From Felis catus (lineage: Eukaryota), in NCBI RefSeq assembly GCF_018350175.1, contig NC_058381.1, forward strand, positions 26,226,001-26,290,000: a DNA stretch of 64,000 nt, in the 5' to 3' direction. The translations under genes were made by a program, and so were the position numbers. A model generated the notes under the pieces. It was not told where the DNA came from, searched no databases, and worked only from the letters and a program-made list of their open reading frames with translations. This document shows positions 25,923-38,559 of the stretch, in pieces. The stretch's first letter is position 1. Each line of letters begins with the position of its first letter.

Positions 25923-28900
25923 ACATACACACCACAGATTAAACTTTATTAGAAAGACACATTAGCCAACAGGGGGTATGGAACTTCAAGTGTTTTGTTA
26001 TATAGCATGGACATTTTATTTTACATATCAGAACATAAAGCCATTTTACAACTGTGAAGTGTGTGGATGCTCTTTACTACTGACTTGTCATTTCTTGGCT
26101 CAGCAATGGTCTCATCCTCCCTTTTGCTGGTATTTCTTCTGTGCCTCTGAGCATTTACACTATGGAGCCTCTGAGCCTAGAGTGAAGGAATTTAGGACCA
26201 ACGGAACAGCTGTATCTTTGATCTCGTGCTACTCTGCAGATGATGGGTCTGGATTTCAGGGTCCACAAAGACCCCAGAAGGGCAAGGCAGGCAGTACACA
26301 AGACTCTGTCACATTTCAGTAGTCAGCACACAACCTGGTGGTTTGGAGGAGGTGGTCTTACACGTAGGGAATTCTCGGTGGGATCTGTGCAGCTTCTTCA
26401 GATGAAGAACTGAAGAGCAGGTTGGAGTGAGAACCTGAGGCTTTCCAGAGCAGTCAGATGTATGAGCTCATCAGCCACCTGCACCCTAGAGAAAGGATTC
26501 AAGGCCTGGCAGAGACCTCTGCATCCTCCTCCTCAACCAGATCCCTAAAGCTTGCTCACAAGATGGAGTGGCAAAAAAGGAGATGAATCCAGTCCACCCT
26601 ATTAGATTAGAAGAGAAGCTGGTGTCAGGAGGTATGTTGGGGCTCCCTCCTTACAACGCCTTGCCTCTTGCCCCCTCCCCTCATTGTCACCCACCATGTC
26701 CACTGCAGGTTGGTCTAGGAAGCCAGGAGAAAAGAAGACAAGGGTAAGGGTGTTCTTTAAATCCATACCTTCATCAGGATGAAGATGAGATTTCCTGCTG
26801 GATAAAAAGTCCACCTTGTCTGCTATTTCCCCAGAGTCCTTTCCTGTGGCTTTAGGGCTGCTCTCTGGGTGGACTTCCTCCTGCAGAAGGAAGCCAAGCT
26901 CCTTCTTTCCTTGGCTGTTGGCTCCCACCTTGGGCTTTTTGGTCACAGAGAAAAACTTAACTGAACCTGGCTTAGGACACAGAGAAGTGGTGGGTTCATC
27001 CTAACTCACACCTGCTCTGTTCTTTTCTTTCTGGGTGGACTGCATTCTGGAACACTCCACACCTTCTAGAACCCCAGGCAGAGGGCTGGGAGCTAGACAT
27101 GGGTTCCCAGCCTCTCTCCAGATACACAGTTGCCTGAATCCAAGGTAAAGAAAGCTGTCTGTCTCTTATGGGATATTCTGAGTCTAAGCGGCCCATATCT
27201 TCCTACCAGCTTTCTGGGAAGCATGAGGTCCTGGGGCTTTCCCACCTGGACATGGCTAGAGAGCAAGGCCTGCAGTGGGATTTGTGGAACTTTCCTGCCC
27301 TTCTGAATCAACAAGTCAATAAAAAGGGGGCACATGGGATACCCTGGAACAAAGGGCACCATTCAGTAGCGCCAACAGGTCATACATCATCGGGCCAGAA
27401 ACCTGCCACATGAAAAGTGTCTGCTTCTACAGTGCCCTGCCTGGGAAGGGGGAGGGGGGAAGATGAATATTCAGCTGTGAGGCCATAGGCAGGCAGCCCC
27501 CAAGGCTCTGCTCACCAGCCCAGAGCCAGCCACTTGGTGAAGCTGGGCTAGGCTCTTAGCTGCCGCTCAGCTACCCAATTGCCCTCCAACAACAGAAGAG
27601 CCTGGAATAACAAAATGGAGAATGAAAGAGAAGCTGGAGCAGACTGACAAATTGTTAAAAAACCAAACCAACTTCCAGTCTTGGCTGGGCCTCAGGGGGT
27701 CAAGAGGCCTCAGCTTGCCCCACTAATGGAGCCTGCTGGAGAAGTAGCAGCCCCAGCCTCGCAGGGTCTTATCTTACAACATAAAATTAAAACCCACTTA
27801 AAAGGCCGGAGGGCATGTTAACATTCCCCCTGCTGTCTAATTGAAGTAGTTCCCAGTGCAAAGGATTTCACTTGAAAGATGTCCCCCTCCAAGCCCCAGT
27901 TGGCAGGCAGGGCAAGGGAGTGGGGAGGGAGAGACTGTCATTTCAAAAGACCAGCACAAGCTCAGGCAGGAAAAGCCTGGTTCTGTTTGCCTTCCCCACC
28001 CAGGCAGCAGGTGGCGACAGCAAAGGTTAGGACAGGCTGGGTTGTTTTGTATTTTTAGAAAATTTTACAAATTCATTAGCAGCTATGTCAGCAGAGGCCA
28101 GACTCCCGACAAGAAGCCCTGTAATGATTCAAATATGGCGAGCCCACAGCTAAATCTGGCAGTCCCTGCAGCCCAGAGATTTCTATTACGTCCCCCAGCG
28201 ACGCCCTGCTCCTATGCAAATATATTACAGGTCTCCCAGGCATACGGAATCAATCAGGGACATCCTGTAAAGGTGATGAACTTGCACTGGCCATCCTGAG
28301 TAATGGGAACCAGTCAGCCTGCAGCCGGTTGGGAGTGAAAGCCAAGGTGACAGCTATTAAGCAATTGTGTGCAGAACAAAATGGCAAAGGGGCCGGGTAA
28401 TCAATTCAATTTCGATGGGCGACCCAAGCAACTGCAGCGTCTGTCGCAGCTGATTAGAGGGGCCTGCTGGAGCTTTCAGTGCGAGCCCATCAGAGATCAG
28501 AAACAGGCCTGGGATGAAAAGGGAAAGAACTGTCTCCTGAGAAGCAGGCGATGAAGGACTCTGTTTTATGTGACTGTGTTCTTCCTTCTCTCCTTGAAGA
28601 AAGAGTAGAAAAAAAGCAAGCAGTTTGGAGATTAGATAGTTTTCTTTTCAGCCATTTATCATTATGAAGGAAAGTAGACAGGGCAGGGGCAGAAAAATCT
28701 CCAGTGGGATTTCTGCAGAGTCTCACTAAGAAGGACCAGGTTTACACTTTGCAGCTCAAACAGCCCCTGCTTATTACCACAGCCTGACGGGGTCTGCAGA
28801 GCGTCCAGAGTCTCTCTTCCCTAACGAGTGCAAACAGGTCCCAGCACTCTGAGGATCACAGAAATTCTCCTGCAGAAACCCCAAACCACCAAATTGTATC

Positions 28901-29399
28901 ATTTGCGAAAATGAAAGCCCGAGTTGGAATAATGGGGAGAGGAGGCAAATGGGAAAGGAAAAGATGAGACAGAGTTGTACAAAGTCCCGGCTGGTTAGGC
29001 CCCCACTGTGGCCCCCCATTTACCTGGGCCCAGTGCAGGGCAGGAAGGGCCCTGGCTGTGTCTGCCCAAGTTCAGCACTGACCCCAGTCTGACGGTGGAT
29101 CCTGTCAGCCTGCTTGAAAACTCTAGGCTCGTGTTTGGTTCTCCAGTGCAGAGGAGGCAGAAAAAGAGCACCCCACAGGCACAGAAGCCATGAGAGAGAC
29201 CAGCTATGGGACTGAGGTGGGAATGAGAGAGGTTTGTGAGCAGATGGCCAGGAAGATGCAGAACCAGGAAGGAGAGGGCTCTCTTGGAGCCCCGGGTGGG
29301 AAATAAGCATCTGAGGCAGGGCTGTCAATGAAAGAGGAAGGGCAGATTTAGAAATGAAGAGCCACGGGTGGCCCTGATCAACCCCTCCATAAGAGAATC

Positions 29400-30280
29400 A
29401 CAAAATGATAATTAACTTGAGCAAAGCTAACCTCACTAATAATCTGAAATGCAAATTAAGTGAGAAAACATCACTTCTATCCAACAAATTAATAAACATT
29501 TAAGAAAAGATGTGGGGAGTACCTCTCAATCATTGCTAGTGGGAACACAGATTGTTATAGTCTCTCTGGAAAAAGCAACTTGGTAACTTGGACAAAGACT
29601 CTAAAAGTGTTCATATCCTAAAGAAAATAACCAGAAATGTGGACATAGCTTAATGCTCTATAATGTTCATTATGGTATTATTTTTAATAGCCCAAATTGG
29701 CAGAAAGTAAATAATGGTTAAATAAATTATGATATACTCATACTCTGTACTATGATGTAGTCATTGAAAATATATTTACAAAGTGTGTTTAGTGACACGG
29801 AGAATTGATTTAATACTAAGTGAAAAAAGAGGACCATAACACTGAGTATGATCTCAAGAATATTTGGGAATGAAAAAAATACATCAGTGCAGCCAAACTA
29901 CAGATCATTAAATAGCAATCGACAAGAGAATGAAATATATAAATATATAGGTCCATGATATATTATGCGAAAACAATTTTCTAAGCAATAGATATGGTTT
30001 CCCATTTGTGTGAAATATAAAGCAAAAAACAAACCTGTGTGTGTGCATATATGTGTGTGCATGGTGTATGTGGGGGAGGGTAGGTGGTTGGGTGGGTGTG
30101 GGTGTGTGTGGTAGGGGCTAAGAGAAGACTTAGGAGGAATTTTTTCTGATAGTTCCCCCATACATGCCTGTTTTATTTTCCTTGTTACAATGAGCATGTA
30201 TTTCTTCTGTAACCAAAAGATTCAATTAAAGAACAAAGAAAAATAACTTGTGATTATAGAAGTGCCTGGAATAAAAGAGA
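29400..30280 (+). mobile_element. Ancient L1 (L1ME-like) 3' fragment
   Basis: ctcactaataatctgaaatgcaaattaag, cattgctagtgggaac and A-rich L1 3' UTR-type text. Confidence 0.6.
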
Positions 30281-30439
30281 AGAAACTGTGTCCAATGCTA
30301 TGGCAGTAACCCTGGGAAGTGGCCAGTGCTCCCAGTCAGGTGGACAGAGATTGACCTCTGGGCCCCCTCACATCCCTTGTTTTCCTCCTGATCCTTGGGC
30401 TGTCCTTCTTAGACACCTTTTCTTCTGCCCAGTCCTTTA

Positions 30440-30840
30440 ATGCTGCTGTTGCTCAAGGACTGGGGCTTTAGCCTTGTCTTCTCACAAGGTACTCTCCCTG
30501 GGTGAGGCCATTTGTTCCCACGGCTCTTTCACCAACATACACTGACAAATCTCCAGTCTAATCTTTCCGTCTCCTGAGATTGTCTCCTGGATGTTTCTGT
30601 TTAAGAGATTCAGAATCTCCAACTCCCCCTGTTCAAACCTGAGCCCTCCAAACATCTCCTTGCCTTATATGTTTTGGTAAATGGCCTTGCCAGCCAAAGT
30701 CTCATTGCTCAAATCAGAAACCTGGGCTTCAGTTCCCTACCTGCCCAACCCCCAAACACTTGCTAATTTATGCAGGTTCTATGTTCTAAAGACTGCTTAC
30801 ATCTGTATATTTTTTTCTTTCCTTCATTAAGTCTGTGTCC
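30440..30840 (+). mobile_element. L2 ORF2 relic
   Basis: Degenerate L2 RT-region text (ctcaaggactggggctttagcc ... catacactgacaaatctccagtc ... ctcctggatgtt). Confidence 0.55.
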
Positions 30841-31441
30841 CCCAGAGTGGCAAATCCTTGGGTCTGGGCTGCCTACCCTCTAGTGTTAGCTGTGTGAGGC
30901 TGCAGGGCTTTGGGCTGGCAGGAACAGCACTCCAAGGCACTAAAACATTGCTCGTGGGGTGATGGCTGTTCAGACATGTTGAACCAGGGAATTGCCCAGG
31001 CAGAAGACAAGAGGCTGTTCAAACGTAGGAGTGCTGCTTTCATTGGTGACTCTGCTTTAGGCTTGGTGTGGTCTGCTTCTTCTGCTCTGGCTGCCACTGT
31101 GGAGGTAGTGAGAAAGCAGGGCCCTCCTGCAGCTCTTTTTGTAGGGTCACAGGCTAGCCCCCAGACTCACAAGCTATCTGAGCACCCTCCTGCCCTGTAG
31201 GCCGGCATTGAGAGTGTATGCTCCCAATGACAACTCTCTGTGAACTTATCCAATTGCTTGCTAGGGGGTAAATGAGCCCCAGGAGTACTAGATCGGTGCT
31301 GTTTCCAGCATCTGCCCTCCATGTACCTATATCTCTTTCTCTTTCAGGGATTCCAAATTGTCCCCTCTCCCAAGTACTTCCTTGTGAGACCTATGCCAAT
31401 TTAGGACTGGCTTTGTCTCTCCCTTAAGAAGAGAAAAACCA

Positions 31442-31650
31442 GGGGCGCTTGGGTGGCGTGGTCAGTTGAGTGTCCGACTCTTGATTTCAGCTCAGGTCAC
31501 GATCTCAAGGTTTGTGAGAGCGAGCCCCAGTTCCAGGTCTGCACTGACAGTGAGGAGCCTGGGATTCACTTTCTCCCTCTCTCTCCGCCCCTTGCTTGTG
31601 CACATTTTCTCTCTCTCTCAGAATAAATAAATAAAAATTTTAAAAAAAAG
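31442..31650 (+). mobile_element. Can-SINE with 14-bp TSD
   Basis: ggggcgcttgggtggc head; TSD aagaagagaaaaac 31426-31439 and 31651-31664. Confidence 0.92.
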
Positions 31651-32862
31651 AAGAAGAGAAAAACAAAGACAATAAATCCCCAAACATGACTCTGTACATA
31701 AAGCACCTAGAACAGGGTGCATGCTTAGGAAATGATGGTGTTCCTTAGTTAGGTCTAAGGAATTGGGAGATTCCTCCAAATATAATTTAGTGAACAATTG
31801 GTGGCACCTCAATTTATAATTGCCTCCACTCACCACATGCTGGCCATGAACTTGCTGCCCTCCACCTCACAGGGAGGTAGGTTGTCACTGCATTAGGTCC
31901 CATCCTCTCCATGAGGCTGGGTCAGGTTGGTCCAAACTAGCAGTTAGTAAATAATCCAAGTACCTCTAAAACGACTGTTTAAAGTGTCTGGGGAATGGCC
32001 TCAAGGACCCCTCGGGTTGGGTGGCAGAGCCAGGGTATCTTTCCCTTGCCTTTGCAACTCCTGGCCACAGAGTTCTTCCTTGGGATGACCTGGAAGAGAC
32101 TTGTTCTGGAGTCACGATTCTTTACACCAAGAATTCCTAGCTAGGGTGCCCGAAGCAAGGGTTGGGTCTGTAAAATGACGTAGTTCCATTAGGAATGATG
32201 GAAACTATGTGAGCTGCTTTTAATAACACCAAATACAGCACAGCACAGCACAGTCCTCCTTCCCTTAAACCCCACGTGCTGATGGCCTGGCCCACATGTT
32301 CTCTGGCCCAGACTGAAAGCCAAGGGCTGTCTCTTCAGGGCAGTCGATGGACCTGAATTTACTCCACACAAGGCACCGAAGGTTCAGGCATTAAGCTCTG
32401 GCCTGTCACACTGCAAACCTGCATTTTCTAGCCCAAGAAAATGAGCTTTTGGTTTTTTCTTATAGCAGTGAAAAGAGCTTGGGATGGGGTGTGAGAGTTC
32501 CGTCAAATGCTGGCTGTGTGGCTTGCCCTCTTTTTGAGTCTCCTTTTCCTTCTTCCGCGTGGCTCCTCATTTCCCTTGCAGCACTGAAGGTCTGTAAGTC
32601 CGTGAATAATAACGTCTGCACTCATGAATTTCTTAGCTATAACCAGGACTCTGTTTGAATCTATAGCAGGACTTGCTCCAAAAAAGAGTAATGGAAGGAA
32701 ATACAGAAACTTCTTTTTCTAATTATATTTATCTCATCCTTTTCAGATATCTAGTGTAGCATAGTAGTAAATATGTATAATTGATAAATAACTTCATAAA
32801 TAATAAATAATATATTGGGATATGTGCTTTAAAGCTTTTTGCTGAAGGGAGGTAAGATTTCT

Positions 32863-33065
32863 TTTTTTTTAACGTTTATTCATTTTTGAGAGACAGAGCA
32901 TGAGCGGGGAAGGGCCAGAGAGAGAGGGAGACACAGAATCCAAAGCAGGCTCCAGGCTCTGAGCTGTCAGCACAGAGCCCGATGCGGGGCTCAAACTCAC
33001 GAACTGAGAGATCTTGACCTGAACCCGAGTCGGACGCTCAACCGACTGAGCCACCCAGGCGCCCC
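32863..33065 (-). mobile_element. Can-SINE
   Basis: Reverse-complement head ending ccaggcgcccc at 33065; imperfect TSD aggt(a/g)agattt. Confidence 0.92.
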
Positions 33066-33091
33066 AAGGTGAGATTTTTAAAAAAGGATGA

Positions 33092-33291
33092 GGGGCACCT
33101 GGGTGGCTCAGTCAGTTTAACATCAACTTCAGCTCCGGCCATGATCTCGGGTTTGTGGCTTTGTGGGCTCTCAGGTGTCAGCGCAGAGCCCAGATCAGAT
33201 CCTCTGTCTCCCTCTCTCTTTGCTCCTCCCCCTTGTGCACACCCGCATGCGTGACGCCCCACCCCTCAAAAATGAACATTAAAAAAAAAAA
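33092..33291 (+). mobile_element. Can-SINE (older, diverged)
   Basis: ggggcacctgggtggctcag head; A tail interrupted by the next SINE; TSD aaaaaaggatg flanks the pair. Confidence 0.88.
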
Positions 33292-33510
33292 GGGGGCGAC
33301 TGGGTGGCGCAGTCGGTTAAGCGTCCGACTTCAGCCAGGTCACGATCTCGCAGTCCGTGAGTTCGAGCCCCGCGTCGGGCTCTGGGCTGATGGCTCAGAG
33401 CCTGGAGCCTGTTTCCGATTCTGTGTCTCTCTCTCTCTCGGCCCCTCCCCCGTTCATGCTCTGTCTCTCCCTGTCCAAAAATAAATAAAAAAACGTTGGA
33501 AAAAAAAAAA
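33292..33510 (+). mobile_element. Young felid SINE (SINEC_Fc-like) inserted in the previous SINE's tail
   Basis: gggtggcgcagtcggttaagcgtccgacttcagccaggtcacgatctcg with CpGs retained. Confidence 0.93.
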
Positions 33511-33599
33511 AGGATGGAGACTAAAGGGTGCTAGAGCAGTCACTGTGAGGCTCTGCGCTCTGCACGACCTCCCAGAGATGGTTTACCAGAGTTTTGGAT

Positions 33600-33790
33600 G
33601 GAGAGGCACAGTGAGGTAGTGAAGAGAGAATGGGCCTGGAGCCCTACCACTTATTAGCTGTATGCCTCATCTCTGTGAGCCTCAATATCTCCCTACATTT
33701 AATTAGGGGTAATAAAGCGCTACCTACCTTCCAAGCTTAAATAACAGATTAAATGAGATAACACAGATAAAACTGTGCCCAATTAATGTT
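33600..33790 (+). mobile_element. MIR
   Basis: taccacttattagctgtatgcctcatctctgtgagcctc...gattaaatgagataac. Confidence 0.7.
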
Positions 33791-35880
33791 GTCCCCCTTC
33801 CCTACCATGGGATGCCCGTCTGCATAGGTTTCATTTTAGATGCTGAAAAAATGTAGACATTTTCTTTTCTGGGAAATTCCTTTTATTGCTTTTCGGTACT
33901 TTATTGCTTCTCCTGTCTCACAGTTAAGCCTTCTTTAACAGCCGCCAAAGCCTATGCGCAGTTAGGTAGAGAGTGCCAAGGGGAGCCGGAGGGCCATGCT
34001 GGGAAGAATCCTGCTTGGTCTTTCCAGCGCTCTGAGCACCTCACACTCCTAGGGGTTTGGGGCTCATCCAGGATTCAGGACACCATTCAAAGACATTTAG
34101 GAAAGGGTATCCCTCCAGCGGAGAAGCCAGCCGTCTTCACCTAGGAAGAGACAGCTTGAGTTTTTTGCTCCTTCATTCAAAGCTCATTGCCATATTCAGT
34201 GACACTGGAAATGAATCTACTCTTAAAAGAAAGTCCCAACTCTGCCACTATTTTGTTGGAGGCCTTAGACAATCCCTCAGTCTTTTTCGGCTTCAATTTC
34301 CTCTTTGCAAAGAAGGATGAGCACTATCTGTGCTGCCAACGGCCTAGGCTTGGCATGGCTCATGGGCCAAATGAGACACTCTGCATGAAAATACTCAGTA
34401 AGAAATGAAAGGGATTGCAATTATTAAGCTTCCCGTTGGTCCAATTAGCACCAGCCCACTCTAATTTCTGCCTATTCATGAAAAAAAAATCACTGCTTTT
34501 CATAGACTAAGGAGGGGGAATGGTTGGCAAGGTATTGAACAATCTCATCAGCTCTGAGAGGTGGATGATTTAGTATCATCACCTACCTTATCATTATCCT
34601 TGCCCAGCCTGCATCCTCAGCTTTTGACGAGGTCAATTTCCGGCACACACAGAAAAGCCTGTGGCTGTGGTCGGAACAATCGGCCACAGTACTCCTCTCA
34701 TGTTGTTGATCCCTTCATTTCCTCCAGCAGACTCCTGCCGGGGACTGAGTTCTAAGTTTTACGCTACTCTTTTGGACTAATCATTTGCAACAGCCCTAAG
34801 CACCCTGCCCCTCTCTCACTTTTGCTGTCCAGCTACTGCTCTGGATGGCAAGATTGCTAATTGGGACATGATCCCAGTAAAATGGCAAGAAGGATTCAAG
34901 GAGCTGGTTCACTGGACCTTAAATATCCTGCCCACAACTTTACAGCTCAGGCGGCCATGGAGGAAGTATGAGTCATACCCAAGAGGTGAGGCTGCTGCTT
35001 AGGAAGGCCTCCACAATGACATTTTTCACGCTTGTAATAAACCGCTGTATTATTAGAACTCACCAAAGCTGAATTTAATGAAAGTTTTAGGCCCCAAGGC
35101 CTGAATTTTTCTTTTGTATTGCAAAACAAAACCAACTGGTCCAATTCAAATTAACCCCAGAAAATGCTTAGACTTTAATTATAATTTCTTTCATTCTTTT
35201 TCCATTCTCTCTTTCTTCTTCTCTCCCTTTCTCCAGTCTCTCATCTACAAATTTTGCTGGAGATTACAATCTGTTGGAAGAAAAGGAAATGTACAAGAAG
35301 AGGAAGAAATGAAAATCTTAGAAACATATTCAGGTAGTCACAAGTTTGTCTAAAGGAGTCTTTAACAAGAGTTCCTGATCAGAGACACAGATTCACATGA
35401 GAAACTTTTAAAAGTGAATGAAGAGGAGAAAAATACCAGACCCTCTCCATTTGTACCAGAGATATAATGGGATTTAAAATTCAACTGTATCAAAGCTCCT
35501 CCAGTTAGACCTGGGAGGCATCCTTTTGTAACAGCCACTTTGCAAAATACTGGTGCCACAAGCAAACAATTGATCACTCCAGAAATAAGGAGAAGACAAG
35601 TCCTTTATTTTTTAAATTTCTGGGGCTGAGCCCTCGGGAACTACCTTGGGGGAGGATGGGAATGAAATGTGCCGCTGTGCACCTGGCCTTCAGCTATTCA
35701 GGAGCTTGGGCGGCAGGAAATAGCTCGGGGGCAGCTTCCGTATTTGCAGGAGCTAGTGAAAAGACATCTTTTTTCCCCTCACAGCTACGTTCGTAAACAA
35801 ATGTTCACTCTCCAACCCTCACCCCAATTTGGAGCATATTTACCCAATAAAGTAGGCCTTCAAATGCCTCCTTGTCCTTC

Positions 35881-36180
35881 ATGGAACTGAAGAGCGCGGC
35901 GCCGCTAGCTTGCCGCCACGGTAGGGAGCGCGCTCTCGACCCTTCCCTGGGGCAGCTCGGTAATCCTCCGAGCACCGAAGCCCCACACGAGCTACTGGGC
36001 TGTAAAGTCGCCCAAGATGTCGGCGAGGAAGACTACTTCAAACGCGCTGCCTTCAGCATCAAGGGGCCGGCGGTAGCGGCGGGAGGGGCGGGGGGTGCTG
36101 GCAAAAATTCCGGGCCAGAGCTGCCTTTGTCTTAGACGATCCGTCCTTCCCCTCCTTCCGGGGATCGGGCTCAATGCTGA
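35881..36180. promoter_or_regulatory. Orphan CpG-rich island downstream of TBX4 (runs into an N gap)
   Basis: 28 CpG in 300 bp by manual count; GC box GGGGCGGGG, YY1-like CAAGATGTCGGC, TAATCC at 35961-35966. Confidence 0.7.
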
Positions 36181-37718
36181 NNNNNNNNNNNNNNNNNNNN
36201 NNNNNNNNNNNNNNNNNNNNNNNNNNNNNNNNNNNNNNNNNNNNNNNNNNNNNNNNNNNNNNNNNNNNNNNNNNNNNNNNNNNNNNNNNNNNNNNNNNNN
36301 NNNNNNNNNNNNNNNNNNNNNNNNNNNNNNNNNNNNNNNNNNNNNNNNNNNNNNNNNNNNNNNNNNNNNNNNNNNNNNNNNNNNNNNNNNNNNNNNNNNN
36401 NNNNNNNNNNNNNNNNNNNNNNNNNNNNNNNNNNNNNNNNNNNNNNNNNNNNNNNNNNNNNNNNNNNNNNNNNNNNNNNNNNNNNNNNNNNNNNNNNNNN
36501 NNNNNNTTCAGACACATGCTCTCTCCCTTGTTTACACAAAGAACTGAACTTCACTTGTGCTCATTAGCTGCCGTTCTGAGTACACACCAAATTTGCTCCA
36601 CAAATGTGCTGGTGCGTAAAAGCACAACTCTACCTGGGATGGCTCCCCAGAATCCAATCTTTTACTGGTTTCTTCCATCCTCTCAGATGGCTGCCCTGGC
36701 TTTGAAGGCAGCATCAATAAAGATCAATAAAGCCTGTCCTGGATGAGGGGTTTGCATAAGAGTGTGCAGCATGTACAGCTGAGGGGAGCAGCCAGGCCTG
36801 CAACAGAAACACGACTGTCGTGAAGCTCCACAAAGTCGCCTACAAGAAAATCAGCAGAGTCCTTTACTTGTCAGTGTGTAAAATTTTATGAAAATATGTT
36901 TTTCAGAAGGAAGCTGAATGTAAAAAACATCGAAAGAAGCCACAAGTCAGGCAACGTAGTGTTATGGAAAAAACCTAGAACAGACATAGGTTCAAATCTC
37001 ATTTCTGGTGCAATTTAGCATGTGATCTGGGGCAAATTAAATGGGAAAAATTATCTTTATCTGTATCTGTATCTATCTCAGGGTTATTTGGAGGCTTGGA
37101 AAGAAGTAATGTATGTAAAACATCTAGTGCAGTGACCGACCCGGTGATTGTAAATAGCTACCATTACTATTTCATGAGGATCCTTAGGACTCAGATGGGC
37201 AAAAGCACAATCGTTGTGTGTACTCCGGCTTTGTTAAGGCTTCTGGAGTGGGAGAAGGGAGGCCTCAGGGACTGAATGTCCACTCTGAGCCAGATATAGC
37301 AATAACTGGTGTAACCTGAATTTAAATCCAGATCTGACTCCAAAAGCTGGTTCCACTGTCCAGGTTAGGTAAAGTAAATATGGAGAATTATATCTCCATA
37401 ATTCTCCTGTAGCACAACCTAAGGCTGAATCAGCCAGATGAGGCTTATTTTGCTTAGGTGGCACTAAAAACCCCTCCAATGCTCACTGCTTAACCACCTG
37501 GAAAACTCCCTTTGAATTTCTATTTTGCTGGGTCTTTTTTTTTTTTTTTTTTTTTTTAAGCATTACCTTCTTGGTGTTTCACTAACATTTAAGACATTTA
37601 ACGTTTAAGACAGACAAATACCCTGGAGATGAATCGGTAGGGATGCCCAGTCCATTCAGAATATTTCCCACTTATTTCATGTCTGCTGTTGCATTAAGCA
37701 TGTCACAACAAAAAAATG

Positions 37719-37894
37719 GAAGGTATCTGGGTGGCTCAGCCAGTTGAACATGAGACTTTGGCTCCAATCATGATCTCGAAGTTCATGAGTTCGAGCCCCA
37801 CATTGGGCTCACTGCTGTCGGTGGAGAGGCAGCTTCAGATCCTCTGTCCCCTTCTTTCTGCTCTTCCCCTGCTTGTGCTTTCTCAAAAATAAAC
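37719..37894 (+). mobile_element. Can-SINE (diverged)
   Basis: ctgggtggctcagccagttgaac ... gagttcgagccccac ... ctcaaaaataaa. Confidence 0.85.
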
Positions 37895-37973
37895 TTTTTT
37901 TTTTTTTTTTTAAGATAGAAGGTTGCTTGATGTCTGTAGTTGGAAAGGACAATAATCAGGGGGTCATGGCTTT

Positions 37974-38190
37974 AAAAAAAATTTTTTTTAATGTTTATTT
38001 TTGAGAGAAAGAGAGAGAGTGAGTGGGGAGGGGGGAGAGAGAGAGAGGGAGAGAGTCACAGAACCCGAGGCAGGCTCCAGGTTCCAAGCTGTTAGCACAG
38101 AGCCTAACGCAGGGCTTGAATCCATGAACCGTGAGATTATGACCTGAGCCATAGTTGGATGCTCAACCAACTGAGCCACCCAGGCACCCC
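37974..38190 (-). mobile_element. Can-SINE
   Basis: tttttttaatgtttatttttgagaga ... ctgagccacccaggcacccc. Confidence 0.9.
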
Positions 38191-38559
38191 AGTCAGGAGT
38201 CATGTTTATGCTACTACAGTTAAAACCTATCACTTATTTGTCAAGGTTTGACACACTTGCATGGAATCAATGAATACTCTCAATTTTAAGGAGTACGTTA
38301 CATTCCTTAAAATTCTATTTGATTCCTTTTTCAGTCAATTTAGTCTTTAAAAAAAATATTGCTTTTTACTCTGTGTGATCTGTTTTTTTTATCTATCTTA
38401 ACCATGTTTTAAAATAATCTCTAGATGGTAATTCTGTTCTCTGAGGTTCTTGGAAGGAAGCATCTGATATGCCATTTACTGGGTCTACTGATGTTTCAGA
38501 ACAGGATTTTTTTCTATTGTTTTGTAATTTTGTAAGAATTCACTCTATACCAGTCTTTA

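Noticed and set aside
34665-34690. Small hairpin ctgtggtcgg-aacaa-tcggccacag
   Set aside because: 10-bp stem needing two G-U pairs; too short for a pre-miRNA and expected by chance
35872-36174. Possible processed pseudogene or small gene at the downstream CpG island
   Set aside because: No recognisable protein in any frame and no visible poly(A) tail or TSD; kept only as a regulatory candidate pending BLAST
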